DNA of 63,990 nucleotides, the filler included, from an uncultured bacterium (GTDB taxonomy: Bacteria; CAZSTA01), in assembly GCA_964609495.1 (NCBI GenBank). It is 12 parts of 12 records of this genome, joined end to end, with 100 filler letters (N's around TTAATTAATTAA, not from the genome) between each part and the next. Parts side by side here need not be neighbours in the genome. Positions count along the whole stretch, not along the records: positions 28,613 to 34,094 come from CAZSTA010000229.1; positions 34,195 to 39,614 come from CAZSTA010000230.1; positions 39,715 to 45,054 come from CAZSTA010000231.1; 9 more parts are not named here. The stretch is one strand, 5' to 3'. Within the stretch, counting starts at the first letter, position 1; each line of letters begins with the position of its first letter. The notes beneath the pieces are model-generated. The model was given only the letters and a program-made list of their open reading frames with translations, searched no databases and was not told the DNA's origin. The position numbers were made by a program, and so were the translations under genes. This document shows positions 30,938 to 40,903 of the stretch, in pieces.

Positions 30938-32259
30938 GAGTTATTGACGATACGATCATCGCTTCGGTTCAGAGGGCCAATATATTGCCCCTTACTTCCG
31001 AATGTAACCTCGATTGTTCATTCTGTAGCCATAAATTTAATCCCGCTGAGATCGAAGTCTATACCATTTCCTCCCGTCCAATTGAAGAGATAGAGGCATC
31101 CTTTGAGTTCCTATCTCCGAAAGAGAAAATAGTTATCGGAGAATCAGCCTCTAAGATCATAGAAGGAGAACCATTTCTTCACCCTAACATCAGGGATATA
31201 TTAAAATCGATCAGGAGACGCTTCCCCGAAATTCCGCTTCAGATAACTACTAATGGCACTTACTTAACCAAAGATAATATAGAACTTCTTCAAGCTCTAT
31301 CGCCGCTAGAGCTTTACGTATCTTTAAACAGCGATGATCCTCATAAGAGAAGTCTGCTTATGCGAGATAGGAGGCCCGAGATCGCTATCAAGGGGATAGA
31401 GCATCTAGCTGAGGCTGGAATCCCTTATCACGGAAGCTTAGTGGCGATGCCTTGGGTAGTAGGTTGGGACGATATAGCTGAGACGATTCGCTATTTAGAT
31501 CGCAATCTCGCTTCTACTATAAGAGTCTTTATCCCTGGATACACCCACCTAGCTCCACCTTCCTGGCCAGAACCAGATATACTTCGCTCTGAATTATCAT
31601 CCTTCGTCCTCAAGATGAGAAAGATAATAGATACACCTCTGCTCCTAGAACCTCCCCTTTTAACTGATCTCATCGCCGAGGTTGTCGGAGTTATCAGGGA
31701 TTCTCCTGCCAGCGAAGTTGACATAAAGATGAGAGATAGAATAGTGAAAGTTGCGGGAGAAAAAGTTACCTCTCGTGCTGAGGCTTTCTATCGCTTAAAA
31801 CGTTTGGCTGATCCAACGATGATCCTCGAACGCGAGGGGAAAGAGTTCTCGGTAAGATTAAATAAAGAAGCCGGGGAGAGTTCTGGCTTAGTATTCGAAA
31901 ACGATATTGAACCTTATCTACTCGATAGCTTAGAGATGATAAAGGCAAGGTATAAACAAGATGAGGTTTGGGCGCTGGTAGCTTCCTCCAGCTCTACTAT
32001 CTTGAGAAAGATTATGCAACCTCTAGGAATAGAAGTGGTAGAGGTGAAAAATAGATTCTTCGGAGGCACGATCTCCTCGGCTGGTCTCTTAGTGGTTGAT
32101 GACTTTCGAGAGGCGTTAAGAGAGAAGGTAAAAGATGGTAAATATCCAGAAGTGATATTAGTTCCCTCTATAGCCTTCGATGAGAGAGGGAGGGATCTTA
32201 GAGGAGAATCTTATCTGGAGTTAGCAAAAGAGTTCGATATTATATTAGAGCTAGGGTAG
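30934..32259 (+). CDS. Radical SAM / PDZ / DUF512 protein
   Basis: CNLDCSFC, EGEPFLHP, ITTNG and NRFFGGTISSAGLL motifs. Confidence 0.85.
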   Translation: MRVIDDTIIASVQRANILPLTSECNLDCSFCSHKFNPAEIEVYTISSRPIEEIEASFEFLSPKEKIVIGESASKIIEGEPFLHPNIRDILKSIRRRFPEIPLQITTNGTYLTKDNIELLQALSPLELYVSLNSDDPHKRSLLMRDRRPEIAIKGIEHLAEAGIPYHGSLVAMPWVVGWDDIAETIRYLDRNLASTIRVFIPGYTHLAPPSWPEPDILRSELSSFVLKMRKIIDTPLLLEPPLLTDLIAEVVGVIRDSPASEVDIKMRDRIVKVAGEKVTSRAEAFYRLKRLADPTMILEREGKEFSVRLNKEAGESSGLVFENDIEPYLLDSLEMIKARYKQDEVWALVASSSSTILRKIMQPLGIEVVEVKNRFFGGTISSAGLLVVDDFREALREKVKDGKYPEVILVPSIAFDERGRDLRGESYLELAKEFDIILELG

Positions 32260-32296
32260 TTATCTTTAAAAGCGTGAATTTTTATAGAAAATATAT

Positions 32297-32325
32297 TTGA
32301 CAAAGAGCTTTAATCTGGGTATAAT
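32297..32325 (+). promoter_or_regulatory. sigma70 promoter
   Basis: Perfect TTGACA-17bp-TATAAT. Confidence 0.85.
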
Positions 32326-32345
32326 ATAGACAACTAAATACCAAC

Positions 32346-32447
32346 TTAACGTGGAGGTAATGATCCTATAGTCTGTATCTGGGCACTTAGACTATAGGGG
32401 AGCCAATAGTGAAACCAGCCACTACTATATTCGTGGGTGGTATTTTT
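32346..32447 (+). ncRNA. Cyclic di-GMP-II riboswitch with overlapping terminator
   Basis: GTGG-A-GGT-AATGA-cctatagtct-...-TGGGCACTT-agactatagg-GGAGCC-AATAGTGAAACC-AG-CCAC (kink-turn and pseudoknot pattern), followed by an accagccac/gtgggtggt stem and T-tract. Confidence 0.85.
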
Positions 32448-32631
32448 AATTCCCTCAAGCTCATTGGACTTCGTAAAACAATCTAATTTGGTAGTATGAG
32501 TGATATTTGACAAATTAAACCACCTCCCAGAGGCGAGCTCCAAAAAGGAGAAAATGAAAGTGAAGAATTTAATAATGATAATGGTTGACATTTGGAAAAA
32601 TAAATCAAGAGCTATAAGGAGGTATAATATA

Positions 32632-34094
32632 ATGAAAAATACAACAATACTAAATAGACCGATTAGTATCAGAGCCCTGTCAGTGGTGAGTCTGATATTT
32701 ATCATCAGCATAGTTGCTTCTATTTCTGCTTCCGCTCAAGATAATACCTGGCTACAGACTGGGGATCTTGGAGACGAATATATACGTTCATTAGGAATTT
32801 CACCAAATTATGGTAGTGATAGCACGATCTTTGCGGGAACTACGGGAGAAGGAGTCTTCAGGTCCACGGACGGAGGAGCAAACTGGTATGCGGTTAATAC
32901 GGGGTTAACAGGTTACGCTCTATATGTGTATGCTCTAGCGTTCTCCCCTGCTTATTATAGTGATAACACAATCTTTGCGGGAACTAATGGAGGAGGAGTC
33001 TTCAAGTCCACCAATGGAGGAGTAAGCTGGAGTGCATTTAATACGGGGTTAACAGATCTAGATGTGCGGGCCCTAGCGATCTCTCCCAGTTATAGTTTGG
33101 ATAGCACGATCTTTGCCGGAACTTATGGAGGAGGAGTCTTCAAGTCCACCGGAGGAGGAAACTGGAGTGCGGTTAATACGGGATTAACAAATCTATATGT
33201 GCTTTCCCTAGCGATCTCCCCTGGTTATTATGAATCGGGTACTGATAAAACGATCTTTGCCGGAACTGATGGAGGAGGAGTCTTCAAGTCCACCAATGGA
33301 GGAGGAAACTGGAGTGCGGTTAATACCGGGTTAACAGATCTAGATGTGCGAGCCCTGGCGATCTCCCCCAATTATGCCAGTGATAGCACTCTCTTTGCGG
33401 GAACTGCGGGAGGAGGAGTCTTCAAGTCCACCGGAGGAAACTGGAGTGCGGTTAATACGGGGTTAACAGATCTAGATGTGCGAGCCTTAGCGATCTCCCC
33501 TGTCTATTATAGTGATAGCACGATCTTTGTGGGAACTTGGGGAGGAGGAGTCTTCAAGTCCACCAATGGAGGAGCAAGCTGGAGTGCGGTTAATACGGGG
33601 TTAACAAAGCTATTTTTGTGTGCCCTAGCGATCTCCCCTGGTTATTATATTGATAGCACGATCTTCGCGGGAACTGTGGGAGAAGGAGTCTTCAAGTCCA
33701 CCAATGGAGGAGCAAGCTGGAGTGCGGTTAATAGGGGGTTAACAAATGTGTATGCCCTAGCGATCTCCCCTGGTTATTCTACTGATCAGACTATCTTTGC
33801 GGGAATTTATGGAGAAGGAGTCTTCAGGTCCATGAATGAAGGAGGAAGCTGGAGTGCAGTTAATCTGGGGTTAACAGATCTAGATGTGAAAGCCCTAGCG
33901 ATCTCCCCTGTTTATTATAGTGATGACATGATCTTTGCGGGAACTGATGGAGGAGGAGTCTTCAAGTCCATCAATGAAGGAGGAAGCTGGAGTAGTGTTG
34001 GTAATGTTAGTACGGGGTTAACAGATCTAGATGTGCGAGCCCTAGCGATCTCCCCTTATATTGCTCAGACGATCTTTGCGGGGACTCATGGAGG
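32632..34094 (+). CDS. Secreted BNR/Asp-box beta-propeller repeat protein (3' truncated)
   Basis: AAGGAGGT RBS before ATG 32632, signal peptide, and 10 visible ~50-aa repeats TIFAGT.GGGVFKSTNGG.SW. Confidence 0.88.
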
Positions 34095-34265
34095 NNNNNN
34101 NNNNNNNNNNNNNNNNNNNNNNNNNNNNNNNNNNNNNNTTAATTAATTAANNNNNNNNNNNNNNNNNNNNNNNNNNNNNNNNNNNNNNNNNNNNGATCTG
34201 AAATCATCACGAAGTAAAGACTTTTTGATCCCCGATTCTATATGCTTCCTTAACCTTATTTTGTC

Positions 34266-34294
34266 TTGACATTAAATCTAACTCTTGGTATAAT
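34266..34294 (+). promoter_or_regulatory. sigma70 promoter of the PEGA-dnaA operon
   Basis: Perfect TTGACA-17bp-TATAAT. Confidence 0.85.
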
Positions 34295-34358
34295 TAAGTT
34301 GTGTGTGAAAACGAATTTTTCTGTATCTAATAGCGACTATAAAGTTGTAACCCCTAAG

Positions 34359-34521
34359 TTATCCACAGTTGTGGATAACCTTGTGAATAACCTGCTAACC
34401 CTCTCAAAATTTAGGTTTTAGAGATCATAGTAACTTAATAGAACATCACAACAAGATGAGAAATACCAAGATAAATAAGGGATATGGATTTATCCACAAC
34501 TTATCCACAGCTTGTGGATAA
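34359..34521. promoter_or_regulatory. DnaA-box cluster (upstream half of a bipartite oriC)
   Basis: TTATCCACA/TGTGGATAA at 34359, 34370, 34489, 34501 and 34513, plus TGTGAATAA at 34382. Confidence 0.9.
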
Positions 34522-34549
34522 CTACCACCTCCAGAAAGGAGAAATAACT

Positions 34550-36454
34550 ATGAAAAAGACCCTTCGGAACTTATTTTCAATACTCCTATTATCATCTGTG
34601 CTCTGTCTTATCCTGTCAACAACTGGTTTTGCTGGAGAGTCGAGTTCAACAATGTCCGGCGCCCTAAATGTATTCTCTACGCCTTCTCAGGCCAAGGTAT
34701 ATATAGATGGCGAGTATAAAGGTCAGACTCCTCTTATCCTCTTGTCTAAAGATAAAATACCTATTGGCAAGCACGAACTCAGAATAACTTTAGAAGGGTA
34801 TTCAGATTGGGTTAAAGAAATAGAAATTATGGCCTATGAAGGGACGAATATCACTGCTAAACTGAAGAGAGCTTATAATCCAGTTGATATACTCTCACTG
34901 CCTGAAGGGGCAGACGTCTATATTGATGGGGAATATAAGGGCAAAACCCCCTTGAGCCTCTCTCTAGCCGATAAGATCGCGATAGGTTCTCACAGGGTGA
35001 AATTATCTTTAGGGGGATATAAAGATTGGGAAAAGAAAGTCCATGTTCTCCTCTCCGAGGAGAGGACAATCGTAAAAGCCAAACTTGAGAAATCGCGAGG
35101 GATGGTGGAGATATCATCTATTCCCTCTTCTGCTAAAATCTATATTGATGGAGAATATAAAGGAGATACTCCCCTATCTCTTTATGCAGAAGAGCACGTG
35201 GACTTTGGTCATCATAACCTCAGGCTATCTTTGGATAACTATAGAGATTGGTCGAAGGAGTTCGATTTTAAACTTGACGACGAAATCAAGATAGAAGCCA
35301 ATCTCGTGATGCTCCCTAAATCTCCAGAAGAAGTTGATCTGACCCAATTCCTGCCTCCTAATTCTAAGATAGATAATATCAAAATCGGGAATACTGATAT
35401 GGATCCCGAGGAGGAGATCGTAGTCGCTTTTCGAGTAAAAGATGAGCCGAGGGGACAATATCACCAAAGCACTCTGATGGTGATCGGCTGGGATGGGGCG
35501 ACCTCCCAATATGTGAAAGCCTGGCAGACTGAGATGCGCCCTGACAGCGAATTAGGAAGCATCGCCATCTATAGACTAGACCTCCAAGACCTAGATGGAG
35601 ATAGAGTAAATGAGATAGTAGCAGGCTCCAGTCCTTATTCTCACTTTCCTTTGATCTTCGTATATAAGTTTGAGTCCCCCCAATATACCCTGATAAGCAA
35701 GCCCGAGATGAGATTCGGACTCAAGGGAGTCCCAGAGCTTCTCGTAGTGGATCATAATAGACGATTCTCAAGCGATGGAAAACTTCAATATATAAGTGGA
35801 AATATCGAGAATGTAAGCGAGATGAAGGCTTATAACGTTAGGGTAATGGTCTCGATATTTGATAGGGATACTAAGGAGCTAAGATCATCCTCGGTTGCCT
35901 ACATACCTGTAATAGAAGCGGAGAGCAGTACTCCCTTTGAGCTGATGTTCCCTCGGGAGATAGATAGGATAACCTACTATAAAGTGGAGGCTACCGTATC
36001 CCAAAATATCCAGATGGTTGACTACGAACATCTGAAGCAAAGGCTAGAAAAAGAGAGAGCCGCGCTAACTGTCGAAGCGAGGATAGAGGAAAAGGCTGAA
36101 GCTGAACTATCAGAGAGAGAAGAAGAGATCAAAGCCGCCTTGGAGAGACTCAAACTTGCCGAACAATATATGGAGACAGCCGCCTCGCTGAGGAACGAAA
36201 TCATCAATATGAGAAGGATATTCCCTCAGAATAGAACTTATAACCCTATCTGGTGGTGGAATAGAGCTAAAGAGTTATGTGAGGTCGTGATAGCCACTGC
36301 CGGTACTCAATTTATAGCCGAGGAGGAGGAATTCGTGATCAATGCTAAAAATAGGCTAGAGGAAATAGAGGCTCTACAGAGGCAATTTGAGGAAGAGCTA
36401 ATCCACTTAGGAGAAGAAGGCCTAATGTGGATGACCGAAGCTGATTATCAATAA
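34550..36454 (+). CDS. Exported PEGA-domain protein (3x PEGA, FG-GAP-like, FxLYD-like, helical tail)
   Basis: AAGGAG RBS before ATG 34550, signal peptide, three S.P..A.VYIDGEYKG.TP repeats and DLDGDRVNEI. Confidence 0.85.
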   Translation: MKKTLRNLFSILLLSSVLCLILSTTGFAGESSSTMSGALNVFSTPSQAKVYIDGEYKGQTPLILLSKDKIPIGKHELRITLEGYSDWVKEIEIMAYEGTNITAKLKRAYNPVDILSLPEGADVYIDGEYKGKTPLSLSLADKIAIGSHRVKLSLGGYKDWEKKVHVLLSEERTIVKAKLEKSRGMVEISSIPSSAKIYIDGEYKGDTPLSLYAEEHVDFGHHNLRLSLDNYRDWSKEFDFKLDDEIKIEANLVMLPKSPEEVDLTQFLPPNSKIDNIKIGNTDMDPEEEIVVAFRVKDEPRGQYHQSTLMVIGWDGATSQYVKAWQTEMRPDSELGSIAIYRLDLQDLDGDRVNEIVAGSSPYSHFPLIFVYKFESPQYTLISKPEMRFGLKGVPELLVVDHNRRFSSDGKLQYISGNIENVSEMKAYNVRVMVSIFDRDTKELRSSSVAYIPVIEAESSTPFELMFPREIDRITYYKVEATVSQNIQMVDYEHLKQRLEKERAALTVEARIEEKAEAELSEREEEIKAALERLKLAEQYMETAASLRNEIINMRRIFPQNRTYNPIWWWNRAKELCEVVIATAGTQFIAEEEEFVINAKNRLEEIEALQRQFEEELIHLGEEGLMWMTEADYQ

Positions 36455-36474
36455 TCAGAGGAAGTCGATGGACT

Positions 36475-37848
36475 ATGGAAGATGAGTTAGCCCTGGTATG
36501 GCGAGATATAATAGAGATAATAGAGCAGAAGATGAACAGTCCAAGCCTAGATACCTGGTTGAAGATGACTCAACCTATCTCCTTTTCCGACAATGTTATC
36601 ACTATCGGAGTCCCCAATGAATTCTCCAAAGATTGGTTGCAAAAACGCTATCTAGGGCCGATTATGGATAATTTGGGGGTAAAGAATAAGAAGTTGAGCA
36701 AGGTCAAGATCGAACTAGTTATCTTCCCTTCCTTCGATTCGGAGGAGTCAAATGGCAGAAAGATAGAAATATCTTCCCGTCCAATTCAAAAGGTAGAAGT
36801 TGCCAGTCCCCTTAAAGCAAAGACAAGAACTTCTCCTCCTCTGAACCCTAAATATACCTTCGATTCCTTCGTGGTGGGAAATAGCAATCGTTTAGCTCAT
36901 GCTGGAGCATTAGCCGTAGCCAGGGCTCCAGCTATCGCTTATAATCCGCTCTTCATATACGGGGGAGTGGGGCTGGGAAAGACTCACTTAATGCAAGCCA
37001 TCGGGCATTATATATTAGAAAATAGTCCCCCGATGAGAGTGGTTTATATCTCTACCGAGAAGTTCACCAACGATATGATCACCTCTATCAAAGAGGATGG
37101 GATGCTGAGCTTCAGAAACAAATATCGTTCTGTCGATATCCTCCTCGTCGATGATATTCAATTTTTAGCTGGTAAGGAGAGAACTCAAGAGGAGTTCTTT
37201 CATACCTTCAATGCTTTACACGAGGATAATAGGCAGCTCGTTATCTCCTCCGATCGCCCCCCCAAGGAGATTCCCACCTTAGAGGAGCGCTTAAGATCTC
37301 GCTTTGAGTGGGGACTGATAACAGATATTCAGTCCCCAGATTTGGAGACGAGGATAGCTATTCTCCAGAAGAAAGCGGAGCAGGAGAACTTCAAAATACC
37401 CGATGAAATATTGATTTTCATAGCGGAAAGAATACAGACGAATATTAGAGAACTGGAGGGGGCTCTTATAAGGCTACAAGCTTATGCCTCTTTATCTAAT
37501 AATGAGATAACTATCCCCGTAGCCAATGAGATAATAAAAAGCACCTTCGCCACCGCGACTAATATAGTTACTATAGCTAATATTCAGGAGGTAGTAGCCG
37601 CTAACTTTGATTTGACCATCTCCGATCTAAAATCAAAAAGACGCACTCAAGATATAACGTATCCTCGTCAAATAGCTATGTATCTTTGTAGAGAGTTGAC
37701 CAATCATTCTCTTCCCCAGATCGGAGAGAAATTCGGAGGGAGAGATCACACCACAGTAATTTATGCCTGTGATAAAATTAAGAGTGATATGAAGAGCGAA
37801 CCCTCTCTTAGAGAGAAGATACAGGAGTTAATCACCAGATTAGTATAA
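36475..37848 (+). CDS. dnaA: Chromosomal replication initiator DnaA
   Basis: LNPKYTFDSFVVG, YGGVGLGKTHL, DDIQFL and GGRDHTTV motifs. Confidence 0.98.
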   Translation: MEDELALVWRDIIEIIEQKMNSPSLDTWLKMTQPISFSDNVITIGVPNEFSKDWLQKRYLGPIMDNLGVKNKKLSKVKIELVIFPSFDSEESNGRKIEISSRPIQKVEVASPLKAKTRTSPPLNPKYTFDSFVVGNSNRLAHAGALAVARAPAIAYNPLFIYGGVGLGKTHLMQAIGHYILENSPPMRVVYISTEKFTNDMITSIKEDGMLSFRNKYRSVDILLVDDIQFLAGKERTQEEFFHTFNALHEDNRQLVISSDRPPKEIPTLEERLRSRFEWGLITDIQSPDLETRIAILQKKAEQENFKIPDEILIFIAERIQTNIRELEGALIRLQAYASLSNNEITIPVANEIIKSTFATATNIVTIANIQEVVAANFDLTISDLKSKRRTQDITYPRQIAMYLCRELTNHSLPQIGEKFGGRDHTTVIYACDKIKSDMKSEPSLREKIQELITRLV

Positions 37849-37869
37849 AGGGAAAGGAGTATATCGAAA

Positions 37870-38367
37870 ATGAAACGTATCCTGGCACTTATGATAGCCT
37901 TACTCATAATCATAGGGATAACATTCCCGGTCTTTTCCCAAGGAGAAAAGTTATCCTATCAGGAGTACTGGTATGGGGGTTTCCTAGTCTATATATGGCA
38001 GATCATGGAATACTCAACGACTGGAGGAGTTACCTCTATAAGCGATCAGTTGTTGATAAACGAGCTAAGGGATATAATGCTCCTGATAAATTTCAACCTA
38101 GCTCAGCTCCAAGAGGGAGCTGAGTACGAGATAATAAACCTTCGACTGAAATCCCTAAACAGGAAACATGAGGATATCAAGGGAAAGTTCGAGGAGCTTC
38201 CTGAAAAATTCCAAGATGAAAATCTAAAGATAGCCTTAAATGTAGTGGAGCAGATGTTAGAAAGAACTATAGAAGCAACCGAAAGAGGAGTAACTATCAA
38301 GAAGAATGATCTAGCGAATCTATATGATGAGGCTCTAACTAGGCTCGCCCAAGCGATGATGAAGTAG
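37870..38367 (+). CDS. Exported helical hypothetical protein
   Basis: RBS aaggag and signal peptide MKRILALMIALL..VFS|Q. Confidence 0.75.
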   Translation: MKRILALMIALLIIIGITFPVFSQGEKLSYQEYWYGGFLVYIWQIMEYSTTGGVTSISDQLLINELRDIMLLINFNLAQLQEGAEYEIINLRLKSLNRKHEDIKGKFEELPEKFQDENLKIALNVVEQMLERTIEATERGVTIKKNDLANLYDEALTRLAQAMMK

Positions 38368-38369
38368 GT

Positions 38370-38600
38370 TGTGGATAACCCTGTGGATAACTTGTGGATT
38401 AGTTGTGGATTAACTGTGGATAACGTTATAGACAAGAATTACCTGTGGATATTGTGAATAAGTTGTGGATAAAAATAGCTACTTATCCACAACTTATTCA
38501 CAGGCGAAAATCAGTATTTAAGATCACTTTCAATACTTATCCCCATTATCCACAACACTTACTACTATTACTAATATATATTTAAATAAAGATAATAGTA
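38370..38600. other. oriC: DnaA boxes, DnaA-trios and AT-rich DUE
   Basis: About 12 perfect or near-perfect DnaA boxes. Tandem boxes at 38537-38554 are followed by TACTACTATTACTAATA and an AT-rich stretch, as in the B. subtilis basal unwinding system. Confidence 0.93.
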
Positions 38601-38643
38601 ACAGTACGCGTCGAGGAAGAAATCTAATTAAGGAGGATCATTT

Positions 38644-39614
38644 ATGAAGATAATCTGTAGCAAAGATAAGCTCTTCTCTGGAATACAAATTGTGAATAGA
38701 GCAGTATCTAGCAGAAGTACTATCCCTACCCTGACTGGCATCCTTTTCTCAGCGGAAGAGGAGAGATTAACGCTAACCTCTACTGATATGGAAATAGGTA
38801 TGGAATATTCTATACAGGCTGACATATCTGAGGAGGGAAAAGTAGTAATTCCAGCGAGGTATATAACTGATATTGTGCGAATGCTTCCTGAACAAGAGAT
38901 TACTCTAACCTCTGATCAAAACAATCGAATTAATATAACTTGTGGACAAGCGTTTTTTGATATCCAAGGTATGCCAAGCGATGAGTTTCCAGTTATATCC
39001 GATATAGAGGAGAAAAGTCGCTGTTCTCTTCCTCAGAAGGTGCTTTCTGAATTGATTCGATATACCGCTTTTGCCGCCTCTAAGGATGAGGCAAGGATAA
39101 ATTTAACTGGTGTCCTCTTCCTCGTGGAGAATAATGAGCTGGAGATGGTAGCAACTGATGGACATCGCTTAGCTACTAAAAAGGTGGTATTAGGGGAGGA
39201 GGAGAGTATTGGTGAATATAATGTTCTTATTCCCTCCCGAGCTTTGGCTGAGTTAAATAGGCTTCCTCTTGAAGAAGAGAAGGAGATAGAGATAGTATTT
39301 GGTGAGAATCAGATAATGTTCAGAATGGGAGAGGTAATTTTAATTTCTCGCTTGATTGAAGCAGAATTTCCTAACTATCGTCAAGTTATCCCTACTGACT
39401 TGACAATTAGGATAGTAGGTAAGGTCTCCGAGTTCTTAGCGGTGTTGGAGAGAGTGTCACTTTTAGCCAAGAGAGATTCTAACGTGGTCATTCTTCATCT
39501 AGGCGAGGATACGCTTACAGTTACCTCTAGCGATCCGGATGTTGGGCAAGCTAAGGATATAATCGAGGTGGAGAAGGAAGGAGAGGAGTTAGAGATAGCT
39601 TTTGATGCTAGATT
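38644..39614 (+). CDS. dnaN: DNA polymerase III beta clamp (3' truncated)
   Basis: STDMEI, VATDGHRLA and SRLIEAEFPNYRQVIP motifs. Confidence 0.97.
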
Positions 39615-39715
39615 NNNNNNNNNNNNNNNNNNNNNNNNNNNNNNNNNNNNNNNNNNNNTTAATTAATTAANNNNNNNNNNNNNNNNNNNNNNNNNNNNNN
39701 NNNNNNNNNNNNNNG

Positions 39716-39790
39716 AAAATAATTACCTCTCGGATACCTAGCGATCTACCAGCCTTCTTAAAAGAGATTATAGCCACGTTAAAGGAGTAG
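39716..39790 (+). CDS. C-terminus of a PfpI/DJ-1 family protein (fragment)
   Basis: KIITSRIPSDLPAFLKEIIATLKE* matches the ITSR.P.DLPAF C-terminal motif. Confidence 0.65.
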   Translation, partial: KIITSRIPSDLPAFLKEIIATLKE

Positions 39791-39919
39791 AACGTTATAT
39801 AAACATAGCTTGAAACCCCTTAATCTGACTTTGGCAGAAACAAAGGTCGATCTAGCCGAAAATAGTGAATCACAACGGGTGGCTACCCTAGTAACCACCC
39901 ATTTTTCGATTCACTGCCG

Positions 39920-40885
39920 CTAGGAACTAACCGAGTCTACGACCTTTCCTGTCCTAGATGACTCCTGAATAGCCAGGGCGATCTTAAGAGCCTCAAAGCC
40001 ATCTTCAGCAGTGATATCGGGCTTTTCATCTTTCGCAAGGCAATCGATGAAGTGTCTGCTCTCCTGAAGATAAGGATCCTCTCCAGATGGTAACTCCAAA
40101 GTTCGCCCCATCTTATCGGATATCAATTTCATCCGCAACTGACCAGCCTCATAGCTTATTCCTCCCTTAGTGCCGGTGACCCCGATCGATACCCTCTCCA
40201 GAGGTGAGGCCCAACTGCCATTAGCCAGCCCCGTTCCATTTTCGAAGGTGAGGATACTGGAGATATTAGTTTCAATCTTTATCTCGGGATTGACCTGCGC
40301 TATCTTTCCATATACCGTCTTGACCTCTCCTCCTACCCAGCGATGCCAATCTAGGTCATGGGTGAAGAATTCAACAGTCATCCCCCCACTTAGGTCGGGA
40401 TCAGCAACCCAAGTTCCTACTGGAGCGAAGTAGGAATACCTATTGGACCAAGAGGTAACGAGATCTCCCAACTCACCTGAAGTGAACATATCTCTTATAG
40501 TTTTGAAAGCTGGAAAGTAGCGTAAGACATAACCCATCATCAACCTAATCCCGTTCTTCTCTACTGCCTCTAAGATTTTATTCGCCTCGTCAAGAGTTAT
40601 CTCTATTGGCTTCTCGCAAAAGATATCCTTCTTAGCCTCTGCCGCCGCCACGGCATGCTCCTTATGCACAAAAGGAGGGGAACAGATATATACAGCATCA
40701 ACGTCGGAATCGAGAAGCTCTTCATAAGAGGGAAAAACCTTCGTCTCATAATCCTGAGCAAAGGACTCGGCTCGGCTATTATCTATATCATATACTGCGG
40801 TTATCTTGACATTATCCAACTTACTGAGCGATTGAGCATGGACTTTAGCTATTCCTCCAGTCCCAATCATCCCCACTTTTATCAT
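39920..40885 (-). CDS. Gfo/Idh/MocA oxidoreductase
   Basis: GMIGTGGIA, CEKP and GG....H.LD motifs. Confidence 0.9.
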   Translation of the reverse strand: MIKVGMIGTGGIAKVHAQSLSKLDNVKITAVYDIDNSRAESFAQDYETKVFPSYEELLDSDVDAVYICSPPFVHKEHAVAAAEAKKDIFCEKPIEITLDEANKILEAVEKNGIRLMMGYVLRYFPAFKTIRDMFTSGELGDLVTSWSNRYSYFAPVGTWVADPDLSGGMTVEFFTHDLDWHRWVGGEVKTVYGKIAQVNPEIKIETNISSILTFENGTGLANGSWASPLERVSIGVTGTKGGISYEAGQLRMKLISDKMGRTLELPSGEDPYLQESRHFIDCLAKDEKPDITAEDGFEALKIALAIQESSRTGKVVDSVSS

Positions 40886-40903
40886 AACTCTCCCTCCTAT
40901 CTT

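Noticed and set aside
32500-32631. Extended N-termini in the ORF track (32500, 34484, 47128, 11885)
   Set aside because: Better RBS-supported or homology-supported starts exist at 32632, 34550, 47071 and 11852. The 34484 extension runs through DnaA boxes.
32760-34094. Tandem repeats as a CRISPR array or DGR target
   Set aside because: The repeats are in-frame ~150-nt coding units without unique spacers. No cas genes, reverse transcriptase or template repeat are present, and the variation is not adenine-restricted.
38370-38510. Short TGTGGATAA repeat array as a novel repeat or iteron system
   Set aside because: These are standard DnaA boxes of oriC between dnaA and dnaN.
39800-39918. Hairpins between the PfpI fragment and the oxidoreductase as a riboswitch
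   Set aside because: They lie between convergent gene ends and are best explained as a terminator. No aptamer consensus was recognised.
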